This document shows positions 25,626 through 38,059 of a DNA stretch of 64,000 bases, in pieces. The position numbers were made by a program, and so were the translations under genes. This DNA is from Dicyema japonicum (Eukaryota > Animalia > Dicyemida). The stretch lies in assembly GCA_011109175.1 (NCBI GenBank), contig RDEW01000084.1, positions 24,862 to 88,861 of the forward strand, read 5' to 3'. The stretch's first letter is position 1. Each line of letters opens with the position of its first letter. Under the pieces are notes generated by a model. The model was not told where the DNA came from. It was given only the letters and a program-made list of their open reading frames with translations, and searched no databases.

Positions 25626-28600
25626 TTGGATTTATTGATTTGTTATTCATTTTAACGACATATATTAAATAACTCTTATCATACCTTGCATCATTTCAAT
25701 ATCCCCTTTAAAGAAATAGACTGATATTTTCAAAATCTGCATAACTCTATTTGATTAAATACAGGAGTTTTGCAATTTTTCCAAATTAGATTTAAGCCAT
25801 TGATATTTGTTAATTTCCGATTTCATGAAACAAATTTTCATTTATGTTTTTCTCCAGAGGCAGGTGTGAAAAATCGAATGATGTTTCAACTGAGTTTTCT
25901 CATTTCCCACCTCCTCTTTGATAAATTAAATAATTGTGTAACTTGTCCATAATTCATCATTATCATCAAACCATTTGAAATATGTATGATAGAGCATCTG
26001 AACAAACTCAAAATTTTTTAATAATAATTTAACCTTTTTTAAGCCTACCTATTATCTTTTGTTGTTATAATAACTTTTGTAAATCAATTTTTAAATTTAA
26101 AAGCAATAAGGAATAGAATTAATATATTAGTCAAAATACGTAATAAAATTGAATAAGTAAATTAAATTGAATAAATTAACTAAATCTTATTTCTAACCAA
26201 AATCCTTATATTCCATAGTCATGTTATCATTAATTAATTACGCTTCCCACACATGCCAAACACGTTGTTTGGCTTTCCTATGGCATTGCAGACTGAAATA
26301 ATATTTATTATTACTCAATAGATTTGTTGATTCGAAGAATGTACTAAATATATTAATATCATACGAATACATTCTAGCATTTCTTAGATATGATGAACCT
26401 TCAGGGTCAGGTTTATATCTAAACTAATTATAATTATATACGCTTGTGGGTTGTTAAATGGATCAGTACACAATGCAAGAATACTAATTTAATATTAAAA
26501 ATACCCTGTTAATCGAACACCCTTTGAATGAGCTAGCGTAAAAGATTGTATAATAGAATCAGTAGGAAAATAACTATAAATTAATAATATAACTTACACA
26601 TTTTTGAGATTTATCAGGGTTACGGCGAAATCAATATGCATAAATATAAGTCCGTAACAAGTTTTGAAATCTCTATCAAATTAAAATATATAAAACAATC
26701 CTATAATTGTTATAGGAAAAACATTTGAATGAATAGTTGTAATATTACGATCTTTGTCGCATATACTATAAATGATTTATATTATAATACAAATCAAAAG
26801 ATTCATTTTCTCAAATGATAGAATATCTCCGCTAAGTAGAGTAATGTTTCCTGCATAAAGTTTTATTTCTGAATCGTAGATAAGTTCAGAATAATTGCCA
26901 AATTGACAGTTAATCCAATATCTGTGATAATAATGATTTTAAATATTACAATCTGTTACCAACGAGTCTTTGATCGTTACATTTCTTTATCATAGTCGTG
27001 TAATAAAACAATGCTGTAAAGATAACAGAATTGTACATTAGAATTATTACATCAATTTACGGATTTGATTTATAAACCTATTAATTAATTCATATTTTAC
27101 CGTCCATAGCGTCGACAATGCGCTGACACGACAACGCCTGACACATAAATTAAAAATATTTTTCCAATATAACTTTCCCAACAGCTTATCAGTTTTCCTA
27201 ATATCTTGTAATGTCTCATCTATAATCTCAAAGCATGTTTTGTGTAATTTTACATTTTCCTGGATTCAAATGAAATCGATGAATCTTATTAATGAGTTTG
27301 ACGAGACTACTAGGACATTTATATAAAAAAATTTCTTAGAAATCATGTGTGACCAACAATTTAAATTAACCCAATTTCACTTCAATATTGTTATGGTAAA
27401 TCGATGATCTTTCTGTTACAAATTAATTTTTAGTGGTGTTTATGATTTGATATTTGGGATATTTATATATCTTGGAAATTGACTCTTTTCCTTATCGTAA
27501 TATTTGATCCTATATTGATTCTCGTTGATCCCTTTTCTTTCTGACAAGCATTCCTCCGAGTTCGCGCAAGGACTACAAAATTCTAAGTAACTATCCGATA
27601 ATAAAGTAGTCAAATTCAGTTCCCTCCAAGACCTCAAAGACCCTCGTGAGCGGAGATGGAATTGCCATGGTCTGCAGCAATTCTCAGTGTCTCTTAGTAG
27701 GTGTCCCTGAGTTGTTATTATTTAATAAATTTACCACTAAGTTCAGAAAATATTTTAACAGTTTTCCGTTTATTCCAGAAAGTAGAAGTGCTCCTTCTTA
27801 AGAGAACTTTCGACACTTTAAGGAGAGATAATATTCTGCGTTTATGGATATGATCACCTAATATTTTCGAAATTGTGAATCAATCCTATAGTCTACCTTC
27901 ATCTTTACTTTTCGGGGACTACCTAATCTCTTCGTCTACCGGAATGCAACTAGGAGATCCCCTTGGACCCCCTGTTGTTCTGTCTTACAATCGAGAGCAT
28001 TATTCATCCTAAAGAATAGTCTCAACGTCAGAGGTTTGTGTATGTCGTAAGGACTCTCCCTCATATGCATGTATGAACCTTCCATATCTTTGACAAATAT
28101 GAGAAAGATTGAAGAAATGAAGGAGGGCATTCAAAGTTATGGAGCAGTGGATTTGTGGTGAATATCGATCCAACCCAATTCATCTGGAAGCTTTTATGTG
28201 AATGGACTCCGAGATGCGAGAATGGGCACATTTAATAAGGTTAGCTGTTCAGTGCTGTCATATGTGAGCATGAGAAGTTAACGATCTCATGAATGAGACT
28301 GGTTTGGACCCAAGACTTTGATCATTTTGACGACAACGGGAAATTTGCTAGAGAGGCTGTAGTATTCTCTTTTCTTAAAATTTTCAAATCGAACTTTATG
28401 CAAAGAACTCTGAGAAATGTCACGATTGAGTTATCCTTTTACTAATACTGATATCCAGCCTTATCTTAGCAGCAAATGAGAATGGTTCGTGGTCCATCTT
28501 CTTATAATCACTTAAGACACTCATAGACAATATCACAGATAAGTTTCTGTCCTCGGCTCGTGTTCATCGTATTCATAATGCAGAAGATTTTATGCCCTCT

Positions 28601-28942
28601 TCTGCCAAACGAATAAGCTTGAGAGAAAAGTCGATAAAAAACTTATAGCTGGAGGCCTCGAGACTGCTGGATAATTCTTATGAAAATAAGCAATTGTTTC
28701 ACCATAACCTGATTTAATAGACTTCATATTGAAAATTAACTTATTCCAAAAACCAACGGTAAAACCAAACTAACTAATTCCTTGATCCTGACGCCTTCCA
28801 GCAGAACCCTCACCCAAGTGATCTACAATTGTTTGTCATAATTTATCTTACAAATCGAATTTAGTTATAAATAAATTAATATTTTTACATATTCGTTAAT
28901 AAAAAATTTAAAAATTAATAAAATAATTTATACTTTAGGTGG

Positions 28943-29696
28943 ATGCACAATTTTCACATTGATGAGTCTATTATGATAAAAGGTATAATTTACTAAACTC
29001 ATTATAAAGTTGTCTTAATTGGTGATTCTAATGTTGGGAAAAGTCAACTTTTGAACCGATACGTCCGCAACAAATTCAACCACGAGTCCAAATCCACAAT
29101 CGGAGTTGAATTCTCTACAAAGTACGTGTGTCTTTATACCAAAGGAGCATCCTAATTTCTGAAAAGTCACTTAGAGTTCAATTGTGGGACACAGCTGGGC
29201 AGGAACGATTCAAATCTGTCACTTCCTCGTAATTCATTCTCATCTCAGTTATTATCGAGGAGCCCACGGAGTCGTCCTAGTCTTTGATATCACTTCTGAG
29301 TCTTCTTTTGAGTCCTTGAGCACGTGGTTGAATGAAGTGAAGACTTACGTTGATTTTGATTCAGTGTCATCCCTATTAATAGGAAACAAGAATGATTTGG
29401 AGGAGGGGAGGGTAATCAGTTTGAAAAGGGGGAAAGAATTTGCTGGTAATGTAAATTTGTGATTGTAGTTGATAATAATATGCGTTTTATGGAGACTTCT
29501 GCACTTTCTGGGAATAATGTTGATTTGGCCTTTTATGACTTTTTTAGTGGTAGTTGATATGGTGAATTAAGATATTTATGGGGCTGTGGGACACACTTTG
29601 GAGGAGAAGGTGACAAGTAACCTCCCTCACTCTCATAAACTAGAGGGAATAAAATCATCAAATAAAGAAACCCTTAAGTGTTGTAAACTAAATTGA
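28943..29696 (+). CDS. RAB11: Rab11-like small GTPase; exons 28943-28982, 29010-29121, 29145-29228, 29249-29445, 29469-29549, 29572-29696
   Basis: Removing five GT-AG introns (27, 23, 20, 23, 22 nt) gives an open frame with [38 protein letters not shown] and a C-terminal CCKLN prenylation motif. Confidence 0.92.
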
Positions 29697-30379
29697 ATTT
29701 GTTATCCTTAGGTATTACTTTTGTGGTTTATAATATTGATTTTAAGATAAACTTGACTTATTTTATATAAGATTTAATAAAAACAAAGAACCACTAACAT
29801 AGACTCAATCACCCCTCCATCTTGGATGGACAACATACAACGTTTCATTAAATTTTCAATAAGGATGGCAAGACATTTGTATGGCGTCAGAGGAGAGTGA
29901 AAGAGATTTGAAGTATAATATGGGGTACACATTATATGATACTGAAGTATATTTTAGTGGACATAATGACCAGAGAACTGAGGTCATGATTTATTTTCTT
30001 ATGAAGAAACTTGTTTTTTGGGATAACTTTTTTTGTAATCATTGGAAAAAATTGGCGGACCACATCGCACAAGAATACTTGACAGTGATTACACGAAAAA
30101 GCATAATGGTAAATATTGCTTTTTCTACGGAGCGAAGCATTGTCATTTGTAGATAGGAATTTGTTTTCCACACAGACTTATGCAACCAAAACTGTCGATC
30201 GTGGTAATATCTCCGAAGACATAATCAAGTGGTAAAGTGTATCTATCTTTGTCAAGTTTATGGAATCGAAAGAAGCAGGAAATTGAAAGGACATTCGTTT
30301 CAGGCAATTTTCACGACTCAAAATGTCGAAATCAGTTGACACGTCGATTATGACAAAAGTCCAATTCACTAAACCTGAT

Positions 30380-31015
30380 ATTTTTGTTTATGACAAAATT
30401 CTGAGAGCCATTGACGAGAAGCTTAGGACTGCCGTTGAAGAAACGCTCAACATTTGTTTGATAAAACTGGCTGGTCCCAATGCAAACTACCTCTCGCGAA
30501 AGGTCTTGACGCTTTTCCTGCCGGAGGAGTGCTGGAAGGAGTCCTAGATGGAGTCATTGCTTGGGAAGTTGAGACTGCCGGATTTCCTGTCCATTTGGAG
30601 CCGCTTGGATTTGATCAAGCCCACCGAAGACCGGACGGAACCACTCTCTTCCCATGGGAGAGTGGTAAATACTTTGTCTGGGACGCCACCTGTCGATAGC
30701 CTTTTTCCCTCAGTCTTCAACGACAGCAACTGACACAGGCTCTGCTGTGGAGAAGGCTAGACCTAAAGATAAAAAAATACGCATGTCTTGGAGGACAATT
30801 CATATTCGAACCAGTGGCAGTCGTAACGACAGGAATAATTGGAAGCAGGTCACTGACCCTGCTAAACAGGATCGGCTCGTTCACCGCGAAGAAGAAAAAC
30901 GATAGGAGAGAAAGAAGCTGGCCCATTGAGTGCATTTCCTTGCAAATCGTCAGGAGAAATGTGTTTTCAATTATAAAGCAGCCAGCAGTTGCTAACTGTT
31001 AGTTTTTGCGTTTAA
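30380..31015 (+). mobile_element. CRE-clade RLE domain and 3' end (subfamily B)
   Basis: LEPLGFDQAHRRPDGTTLFPWESGKYFVWDATC; 3' end matches 46065-46150. Confidence 0.85.
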
Positions 31016-31028
31016 ATAAAGGAGATAA

Positions 31029-31341
31029 GCCGGGTGGCTTAGTGGTTAGGTGTTGGGCTTAAGTGACTTAGGTTACGAGTTCGATTCTCGCTGCTGTTCA
31101 CCTGGTGGAAGGTTCCACGCATCTCCGATGCAAAAAGGGTTTGACGAGTGACGCCGTCATCAGTGGACTCTCACTGCGGAACTGGATTGTCTAAAAAGGA
31201 CCCACACACAAGAAAAATAGAAGTGAAGATCATTCCTTGGTTCTACGATTAGTTAAAATTAACTGTTCTTTACTTAAATAAAGTGTGTGTCCTGCCTATG
31301 TGAGCTAATACCACGGCTCCGTGAAAAAGGCTATTATTATT
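31029..31341 (+). mobile_element. Full-length tRNA-derived SINE
   Basis: GCCGGGTGGCTTAGTGG head, B box and (TAT)n tail; 13-bp TSD ataaaggagataa at 31016-31028 and 31342-31354. Confidence 0.92.
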
Positions 31342-31620
31342 ATAAAGGAGATAACCTGACAATATCGACTAAAGCAAGTTGAGAAACTTCACAAATATGA
31401 CTTGCTTGCAAATGAACTTTGGCTATCTATGAATGCCAAATGAAGGCTGCCAAATGAAGATTATTCCAGTGGTTTTAATATTGGATAGAGTTGTCTCAAG
31501 ATGCTTCAAGAATGATATGGATAAATTAGCTATTGAAGAATAAGACTTACATCCAATCGGTTGTGCTTAAGAGATCACTCAAAAGTATGCTCATTGAACA
31601 TAAGGATAGGATGAAGATAT
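31342..31620 (+). mobile_element. R4/Dong-like RLE C-terminal remnant
   Basis: EKLHKYDLLANEL, KIIPVVL and YIQSVVLKRSL. Confidence 0.55.
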
Positions 31621-32214
31621 ATGATTAAGAGTACGTCTCTGCCGGAGACCAACTTGTGGAACTGGCAGGTCGTGGAGACATTCGACTGAACGAAGATATA
31701 ATGACAGACATTATATGGAGACGAAGAAGAAAAGGAAATTAGCATATAATCGATTATAATTTCCACAATCTTGTAGACAGATGAAGCCAATGAGTTTGTC
31801 ATAGTTGATGGGGTCTGGTATAACGAGACACCATATGTCTCCTCTTGGAATTATTGACCCCTTGCACCAAAAAAGATTTATTTTTTCAAGTCGTGCAATA
31901 TTTTTTTAATAGATCTTGCACGTTTCTCATAACTAGGCGGTAATTCGGATTTTAAATCCAGTCCATATGCCAGTTTAATAGCATATCTCCTCGATCTATC
32001 GAGAAGCTCTACAAGAATACTTCTCTCATCACTTTCAAACCATCCTTGGAAGCCATAAATCAAGAATAGGTCAATAAAAGCTGTATAAACATAGATAATA
32101 GTTTCCGGACTCAATTGAAAACTTAGAAGCAATTTCAACATCGCTGTAGCTTTTTTTCTTGATGTAATTTATAAAGGAACCCTTCGAGTTCACACAAACA
32201 CAAGATATTGCAAC

Positions 32215-32390
32215 TGAAAGTCTAGAAAGGAAGATCACTCACACAAGAAAAAAAAAGAAGTAAGATCATTCCTTGGTTCTACGATTAGTTAAAATTAACT
32301 GTTCTTTACTTAAATAAAGTGTGTGTCCTGCCTATGCGGAGCTATAAATACTATGGCTCTCGTGAAAAGGCTTTATTATTATAAAAGCAA
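32215..32390 (+). mobile_element. 5'-truncated SINE copy
   Basis: Tail nearly identical to the 19.3 kb and 31.0 kb copies. Confidence 0.8.
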
Positions 32391-33296
32391 AACTCCCCTA
32401 CTACGGGAAATTCAGATGTGATCATAATAAGGCTATACAGCACTATATGAGTATAATCCGACAATTGGTTTCGTCACTGTGACTATCCTTCCATCTAGTA
32501 GATCTCAACTTGGGTCACCTCTTTTTTGTTCTCATTCTCTTTCAATTTTTTCCCCACATAGAGTGATTTCTTTTGGCTGTTACTTTTATTAACCAATTGT
32601 AACCACTTGAATGAATCTATATTAACGAAAGAGATAAAGTAAGGTAAAGGACAGTAAAAACACCACAAATCCTACTTGGTCCATCATCTACTTTTTTATT
32701 CATAGTTAGCTCTATAAATGATGACAGGTCACTGGTATTCTTGCAGAAGGACATAATCCATATCCATATTTTCCCTACCGTTTACAGTAGCGTCTCTGAA
32801 TCCACACTCAGTACCATATCGGTCTTAATTGGAATGCGAATTTAATTCACAATCTTTCTAAAAGCAGGATGATTTTTTTATTTAAAGAAAAAAAGCACGC
32901 TTTACATCAATAACAAGTGACAGTAGAAAGATTACCAGAAAATTAAAAGAAAGTGTTTTCACAAATTTAAGCATCCGGTGGCATAACCTGGAAGGCTTAT
33001 ATCCTCACTAAAATCTCACCTTCTCCTAAACTGGACCTCAAGTAACGGAGTTGTTAATTGTTATAACAAATATGATAATTAAATACTCTCCGAAAATTTT
33101 GCCCGCTTCAGCCTCGGACCCAGGCCGTAATTCTAAGAAAGCCGGCGATCATTTGTTTGTGTTGAAAATGAAAATTTTTACTCTTAAAAAATTTGTTTTT
33201 TACCCTGAAAATTATTAGTGACGCTATTGGTCGGAAGAGTTACGTTAATGGTTGGGAAACCCTATAAATATGATAATTTAAAAACAATTAAAATTT

Positions 33297-33525
33297 TTAA
33301 AGGTAATAATACTCATGGTCATTCAAAAACATTTCACTATCATTCATCGAATTCGAGTCATAATCAAGATCTGTTAAAATAAATATTCTATCACAACCAT
33401 CATCCGAATTATCAAGAAGTTCAGCCCCAAATACATATTTATTGAGCTCCTCCGTGTTAGGGACAACTTTATCAAGTCTATCCATTGCCAATGGATCATC
33501 CACCATTTCAAGCCACTGAGAATTN
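33297..33525 (-). CDS. Acidic orphan reading frame, possibly the last exon of an unknown gene
   Basis: Open D/E-rich frame of about 75 codons ending at a stop and starting at a single-N join; no motif recognised. Confidence 0.25.
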
Positions 33526-34199
33526 GTGTCTAGGAGGGGATCATTTTTTATATGAATAGTACCAGGTTCATAGAAATATTGTGGCCAGAAATCATTAAAT
33601 TGGAGTCACGTGGAAACTGCTTTCTTTTATTATCAAGGAAGGAGTTGGAAGAAAATAAATATTACATTTTTGATCTAAAAAGCTCCACAGAAGCGAAATA
33701 TCTGTTAAAATATAGCACAGAATGCCACTGTTTTTTTCAGGTTTGTTTTCCCATAAGAAAGACTCGGTTTCTATCCAAGCAGCACTATAGCATCCTCCAA
33801 ACTAAAACGCTTTGTTCCTATTGAGAATGACTCTCAAGGTGCTAACAAAGTTAGAAATTAGTCTACATTTGTAGAAATCCATAGACAATGAAGCTTCTAA
33901 TACTAGAAACTCTGTGAGTCTATTCTGAAAGTTATAAACTTTTTTCAATTCTGTTTTTCTATCGAATTATCTACTATCGTTGATTCTGTAGCCAATTAGT
34001 TTTACTTTTTTTATTTGTGATTAAGCAGTATTTAAAGTTGTTACTCAATGAATGTCGAGTAAGTAAACGATTCGGTTAATAAACCTCTTTTCCTGACACC
34101 CCCTACGCGATGATTCAGAATCAAACCCTCGATGGAGATTTCAGAAGAATTATTATTAGCACTTATTGCTATGTCATAGGACTTTACAAAGCATGTGCA

Positions 34200-34430
34200 A
34201 CACGAGTTTAGCAAATCACTGGTTTTTCGTCCACTTCCTCCTATTCAAAGCCGCAGTGCGTAACCAGTCAAGATCCGTCCCATTATTTGAGGTCCTGTCG
34301 AGAACGACTGGCAGTGTCATCCTTGGGCGACCACGGAAACGGGGGGCTTCCAACATGAAGTATTCTCCATGGCTACGTTTCGCGGGGGTATCTAGGTACA
34401 GTCGCAGAATGTGGCCGAAAAGCCTCCTCG
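34200..34430 (-). mobile_element. RTE 3' fragment
   Basis: RLFGHILRL..RFRGRPRMTLPVVL. Confidence 0.65.
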
Positions 34431-34635
34431 TACAACTGTATGTACAATTGTTTTTCATTCATATCTGAAGGATGAAGAAACCAAATGTTGCAAGCGTGGC
34501 GAGGATTATAGAATAATCTTGACTGCTGATCAGAAAAATTTAATACGGCAGGGTTGATGAAGATGCAACAATGACTTTGAAGGCGTTGGAAAATAAAACT
34601 GTGCAAGGAGATGGAGATATTTGTAAGGACAAGTA

Positions 34636-35860
34636 CAGTGCGACCTCGAATTGGGGAAACCCAAATAGCGGAAAACCCTCTTTTTTTTAGGAAAACCTTG
34701 CTTTTGGGGAAATATTTCTCAATCCCTAAAAATAAGATGATTTTTTAAAGAAATAAACCCCCTACTGGGGAAAATTTTATATTATCATAAACGATTCATT
34801 AAAAAATATTTCTATAATTTTTGATTTGTTATTATTTTATTTATTCTAACTTGTTTTACCAAATTTAATCATCAATAATTTTAAAATTTATTTAACCTGG
34901 CAAGTTACCTACTTAACCAATTAACCTGGTAAGGAATTGTAATTATCAATTTTTAAAGTTATTCTATAAATTTTAGAAAGCGAATACCTAGAAACTATAT
35001 CAAAGTGAAAAGATCAGAATTTGCAAGAATATACAGTCAGGTCTCTATAAGGATAAATTGATTTGTGAAAGATTTAACATCTCTAAAGAAATGCTATACC
35101 GACAAAAAAAGGAAGGAATCTTAGCTCAAGGCTTCTCAACATCCGAAGGGACAACTGGATACGAATTGAATGCCCAAGTTTACGAGATTTTTCGTAATCT
35201 CAGGTCGAAAGGTTTTTCAATCAATGGGCCAACCTTAAGCTAATTGCACGTAAAATTGCATGTAGAAATTCAAAATCAAGATTTCACTGTTTTCAATGGA
35301 TAGCTTTACAGATTTAAAAAGCAATTCGAAATAAAATTCAAAATATTACATGGCGAATCACAATCAGCTGATAAAGGAGGTCCGGAAACTTCCGATCGAC
35401 TTTCAATGATTTTGAGAAATAAAAAACATTTTCAATTGTGATGAAACTGCATTATTTTATAAAACCGTTTTTAAAAAAAGTTTTATTAAAAGAAATGAGT
35501 CACAAAGCGGATATAAAATAAGAAAAGAACGTATCTTTTTCTTCTGTGAGTGTCCTTTTTAGACAATCAGTTTCGCAGTGAGTATCCACTGATGACGGCG
35601 TCACTCGTCAAACCCTTTCTGCATCGTAGATGTGTGGAACCTTCCACAGGTGAGATTCGAACCCGTAGCCAAAGCCACTTATGCCCGACACCTAACCAAT
35701 ATGCCACCTGCCTATGCGGAGCTATAAATACTATTATATTATAAAAGAACGTATGACACTTTTTTGTGTTGCAGTTACACAGGAGAAAAATATAAACCGC
35801 TTATAATTGGACGTGCGAAGTCAGTTTCGCCCCAATAGCACAAGGAATTCCATTTACCGA
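34636..35860 (+). mobile_element. pogo/Tigger DNA transposon, decayed and interrupted by a SINE
   Basis: TA-CAGTGCGACCTCG end; CENP-B-type HTH (RSKGFSINGP..YRFKK), FNCDETALFY and KERMTLFLCC..KPLIIG. Confidence 0.8.
35535..35742. mobile_element. SINE copy with inverted 5' part
   Basis: Head and core on the minus strand, tail on the plus strand; 12-bp TSD aaaagaacgtat at 35523-35534 and 35743-35754. Confidence 0.85.
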
Positions 35861-36130
35861 CTCAAAAGGAGATCAACGGCACACAGGAGAAAGTACGAGA
35901 CTTGGTAACTCCCTTTCCTCAAAAATGAAGAAGAAGAACATTCAGGTTTTCTATGTGCATTCTTTCACCAAGACAAAAGTCATGAAACCAAAACATCCTG
36001 ATTCCAATCCTCGTTTTCTTTGAATGGCCCGGACAAATTTGGAGAGATAGTAAATTGTAAACTATTTGAAGAGCGGCGTTGCGCGTCGTTGCCAGCGACG
36101 ATACTGTCATGGCTGCGACGCCTGAGGCAT
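35860..36130 (-). mobile_element. CRE fragment, same subfamily as 1-1330
   Basis: Aligns with 780-1030 (gcgacgatactgtcat, ttcttcttcattttgagg). Confidence 0.75.
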
Positions 36131-36249
36131 GTGCCCTGTGATATTGTTTCCCTAATCTAAATTTTACAACTTTTTAATCAACAGGATCACTTAGTTAGTT
36201 TTTTCGGTTTAACAGTGGTTTTTGGAATTAATTTTTAATTTAATAATTC

Positions 36250-37445
36250 TGGCATTCTATTAAAGATATTGTAGGAACAACAACTTCCATTTGAGAAAAC
36301 GGGGGAATTGGTAGGCCACCATTCTGAAGGTCATAGAAGGTTAGAGAATGTTCTCTTCCACGCAGAACTTTCACTGAGCGCCATCACAATAACAGGTGAA
36401 CCACATGACACCACGTTGTTTCTCTCAGCTCAGATATTAATCCTGTAAGCCGACAGAATGTTACCCCGATCGTATAACAAAACATTCAATCCGAAACTAT
36501 CTTGAAGAATCCTGGCACTTAACAAGAAAAGGGATGCCTTGAAAAAAAACCGGAATGCAATCAGATGACTCTATATTCTTTATACGTTCTTTCAATTACA
36601 GAATTTTCCAACTAATTCGCGCTAAACTCAGACACAAGTGGAACCGCCTTGTTGGTCAACTATGCCACAAAAACTCGTGTGGCACCTTCTGGAAGATACT
36701 GAAAAGTATCAAAAGTCTTATAAACGAAGATGGCGGCGGAGTGGAAACCGTTACCCCTATTTGCCTCAGAACATGAACGGAAACATGCAAATAATCTTAT
36801 GAAATATCATGTGTCGATCAGTCATAAGAATTTCTCTTGCTCTTTGTATGTCAAGCGATGAGGTCCATATAAGACAACTTATATTGCCTTCTTCACTCCC
36901 TATGATGTGCCTTCTTCAATCCTTATCTCCATAACTAGCCCCTTTTTCAAAAGTGTTGGATAAGTTTGCATTAATGCTAATTTCCCCTGTTCTACAATTG
37001 CCCAATTTTCAATATGGCTTCAGAGCAGGCCGTTCTACAACGACTCATTTGGAATTTGTCTCCTAGATCATCACAGACAGGTTTAACATGAAGACGCATT
37101 TACAGACGGCTCTGGTGTTTATCCATATACCTTCGACTCTGTTTAGAGGACACTCCATAAGGCATATGCAATCGGAATTCATATCCATCCCCAGTTTTCT
37201 TTCAGAAAGGGCGACGTTGAGAAATGGCATTTTACGTATCTGCAAGGAAACCCATTCAGAGATGCGAGGAATGCGGAGGAATTCAGATCGAAAATAAAAA
37301 AGTGCATTCCGATAGAACACTCCCGGAGTGCAGTTGGATCGCGGGTGGAGTATTCGATAAGAATTTGAGAGATGTTGGAAGCTGGGATCATCTAATTAGT
37401 GATTTTCTTTCTTGGTGGTCTTGGGGTTTTAAAAATAAAAAATAA
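36250..37445 (+). mobile_element. Decayed Jockey/I-like LINE, family of 22496-24295
   Basis: HKWNRLV..TFWKILK; ctacaacgactcatttgg and ttctgcaaggaa shared with 22496-24295; same 3' tail. Confidence 0.65.
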
Positions 37446-37699
37446 AACTTCCATTTGAGTGGGGATTTATAAAATGGACTAATAATGATTATTTTCATAC
37501 CATTTTACAACACATTTGCAAAGGATCAATTCTTGTGTTTTCAGATTCCTGAACGAGATATTTGCGTTTCCTTTGAGTTCATAATTTAATGCGCAAACTG
37601 TCTGTTTTTCGTTATAGACTACTCACCAGAAGTCGAATCCACCTTTAAAAATGAAGAAATTTATTGTGTTAGAACTATGACATAGTACACCATAATTAC

Positions 37700-37930
37700 G
37701 TCACCACCTCAACATTCAGATCAGTCAGTCTTCAAAGGTGAACACGAAGGGCAAGGTGACGACTGCCTGCCAGGCCTTGTATAAGTACTGAGACCCATTT
37801 GTGACCACAGGTTTACCCGAATTTCACGAGGTAAGGAAAATTCGCGACCAAGTAACCTTTGAATCCAAGGCTTCTGATCACGTTCGTTGATACCTTGTCG
37901 TGGATATTTTGATGCAGTATTGAGTATCCT
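37700..37930 (-). mobile_element. I/R1-like LINE C-terminal remnant
   Basis: EFSLPREIRVNL..SSPCPSC. Confidence 0.45.
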
Positions 37931-38059
37931 CAATTTAGATCTATTATAAAGTAATGAAGAAATTATAGCTCTAAAATGATGTCAGATAGGATTACTTTAT
38001 TTTAAAATGTCTTAATAGAATCCTATCAGTTCTATTATAATCTCTAAAATCACATACTA

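Noticed and set aside
31575-32141. Host gene from ORFs 31575-31802 and 31878-32141
   Set aside because: No recognisable motif and no tiny-intron model that joins them
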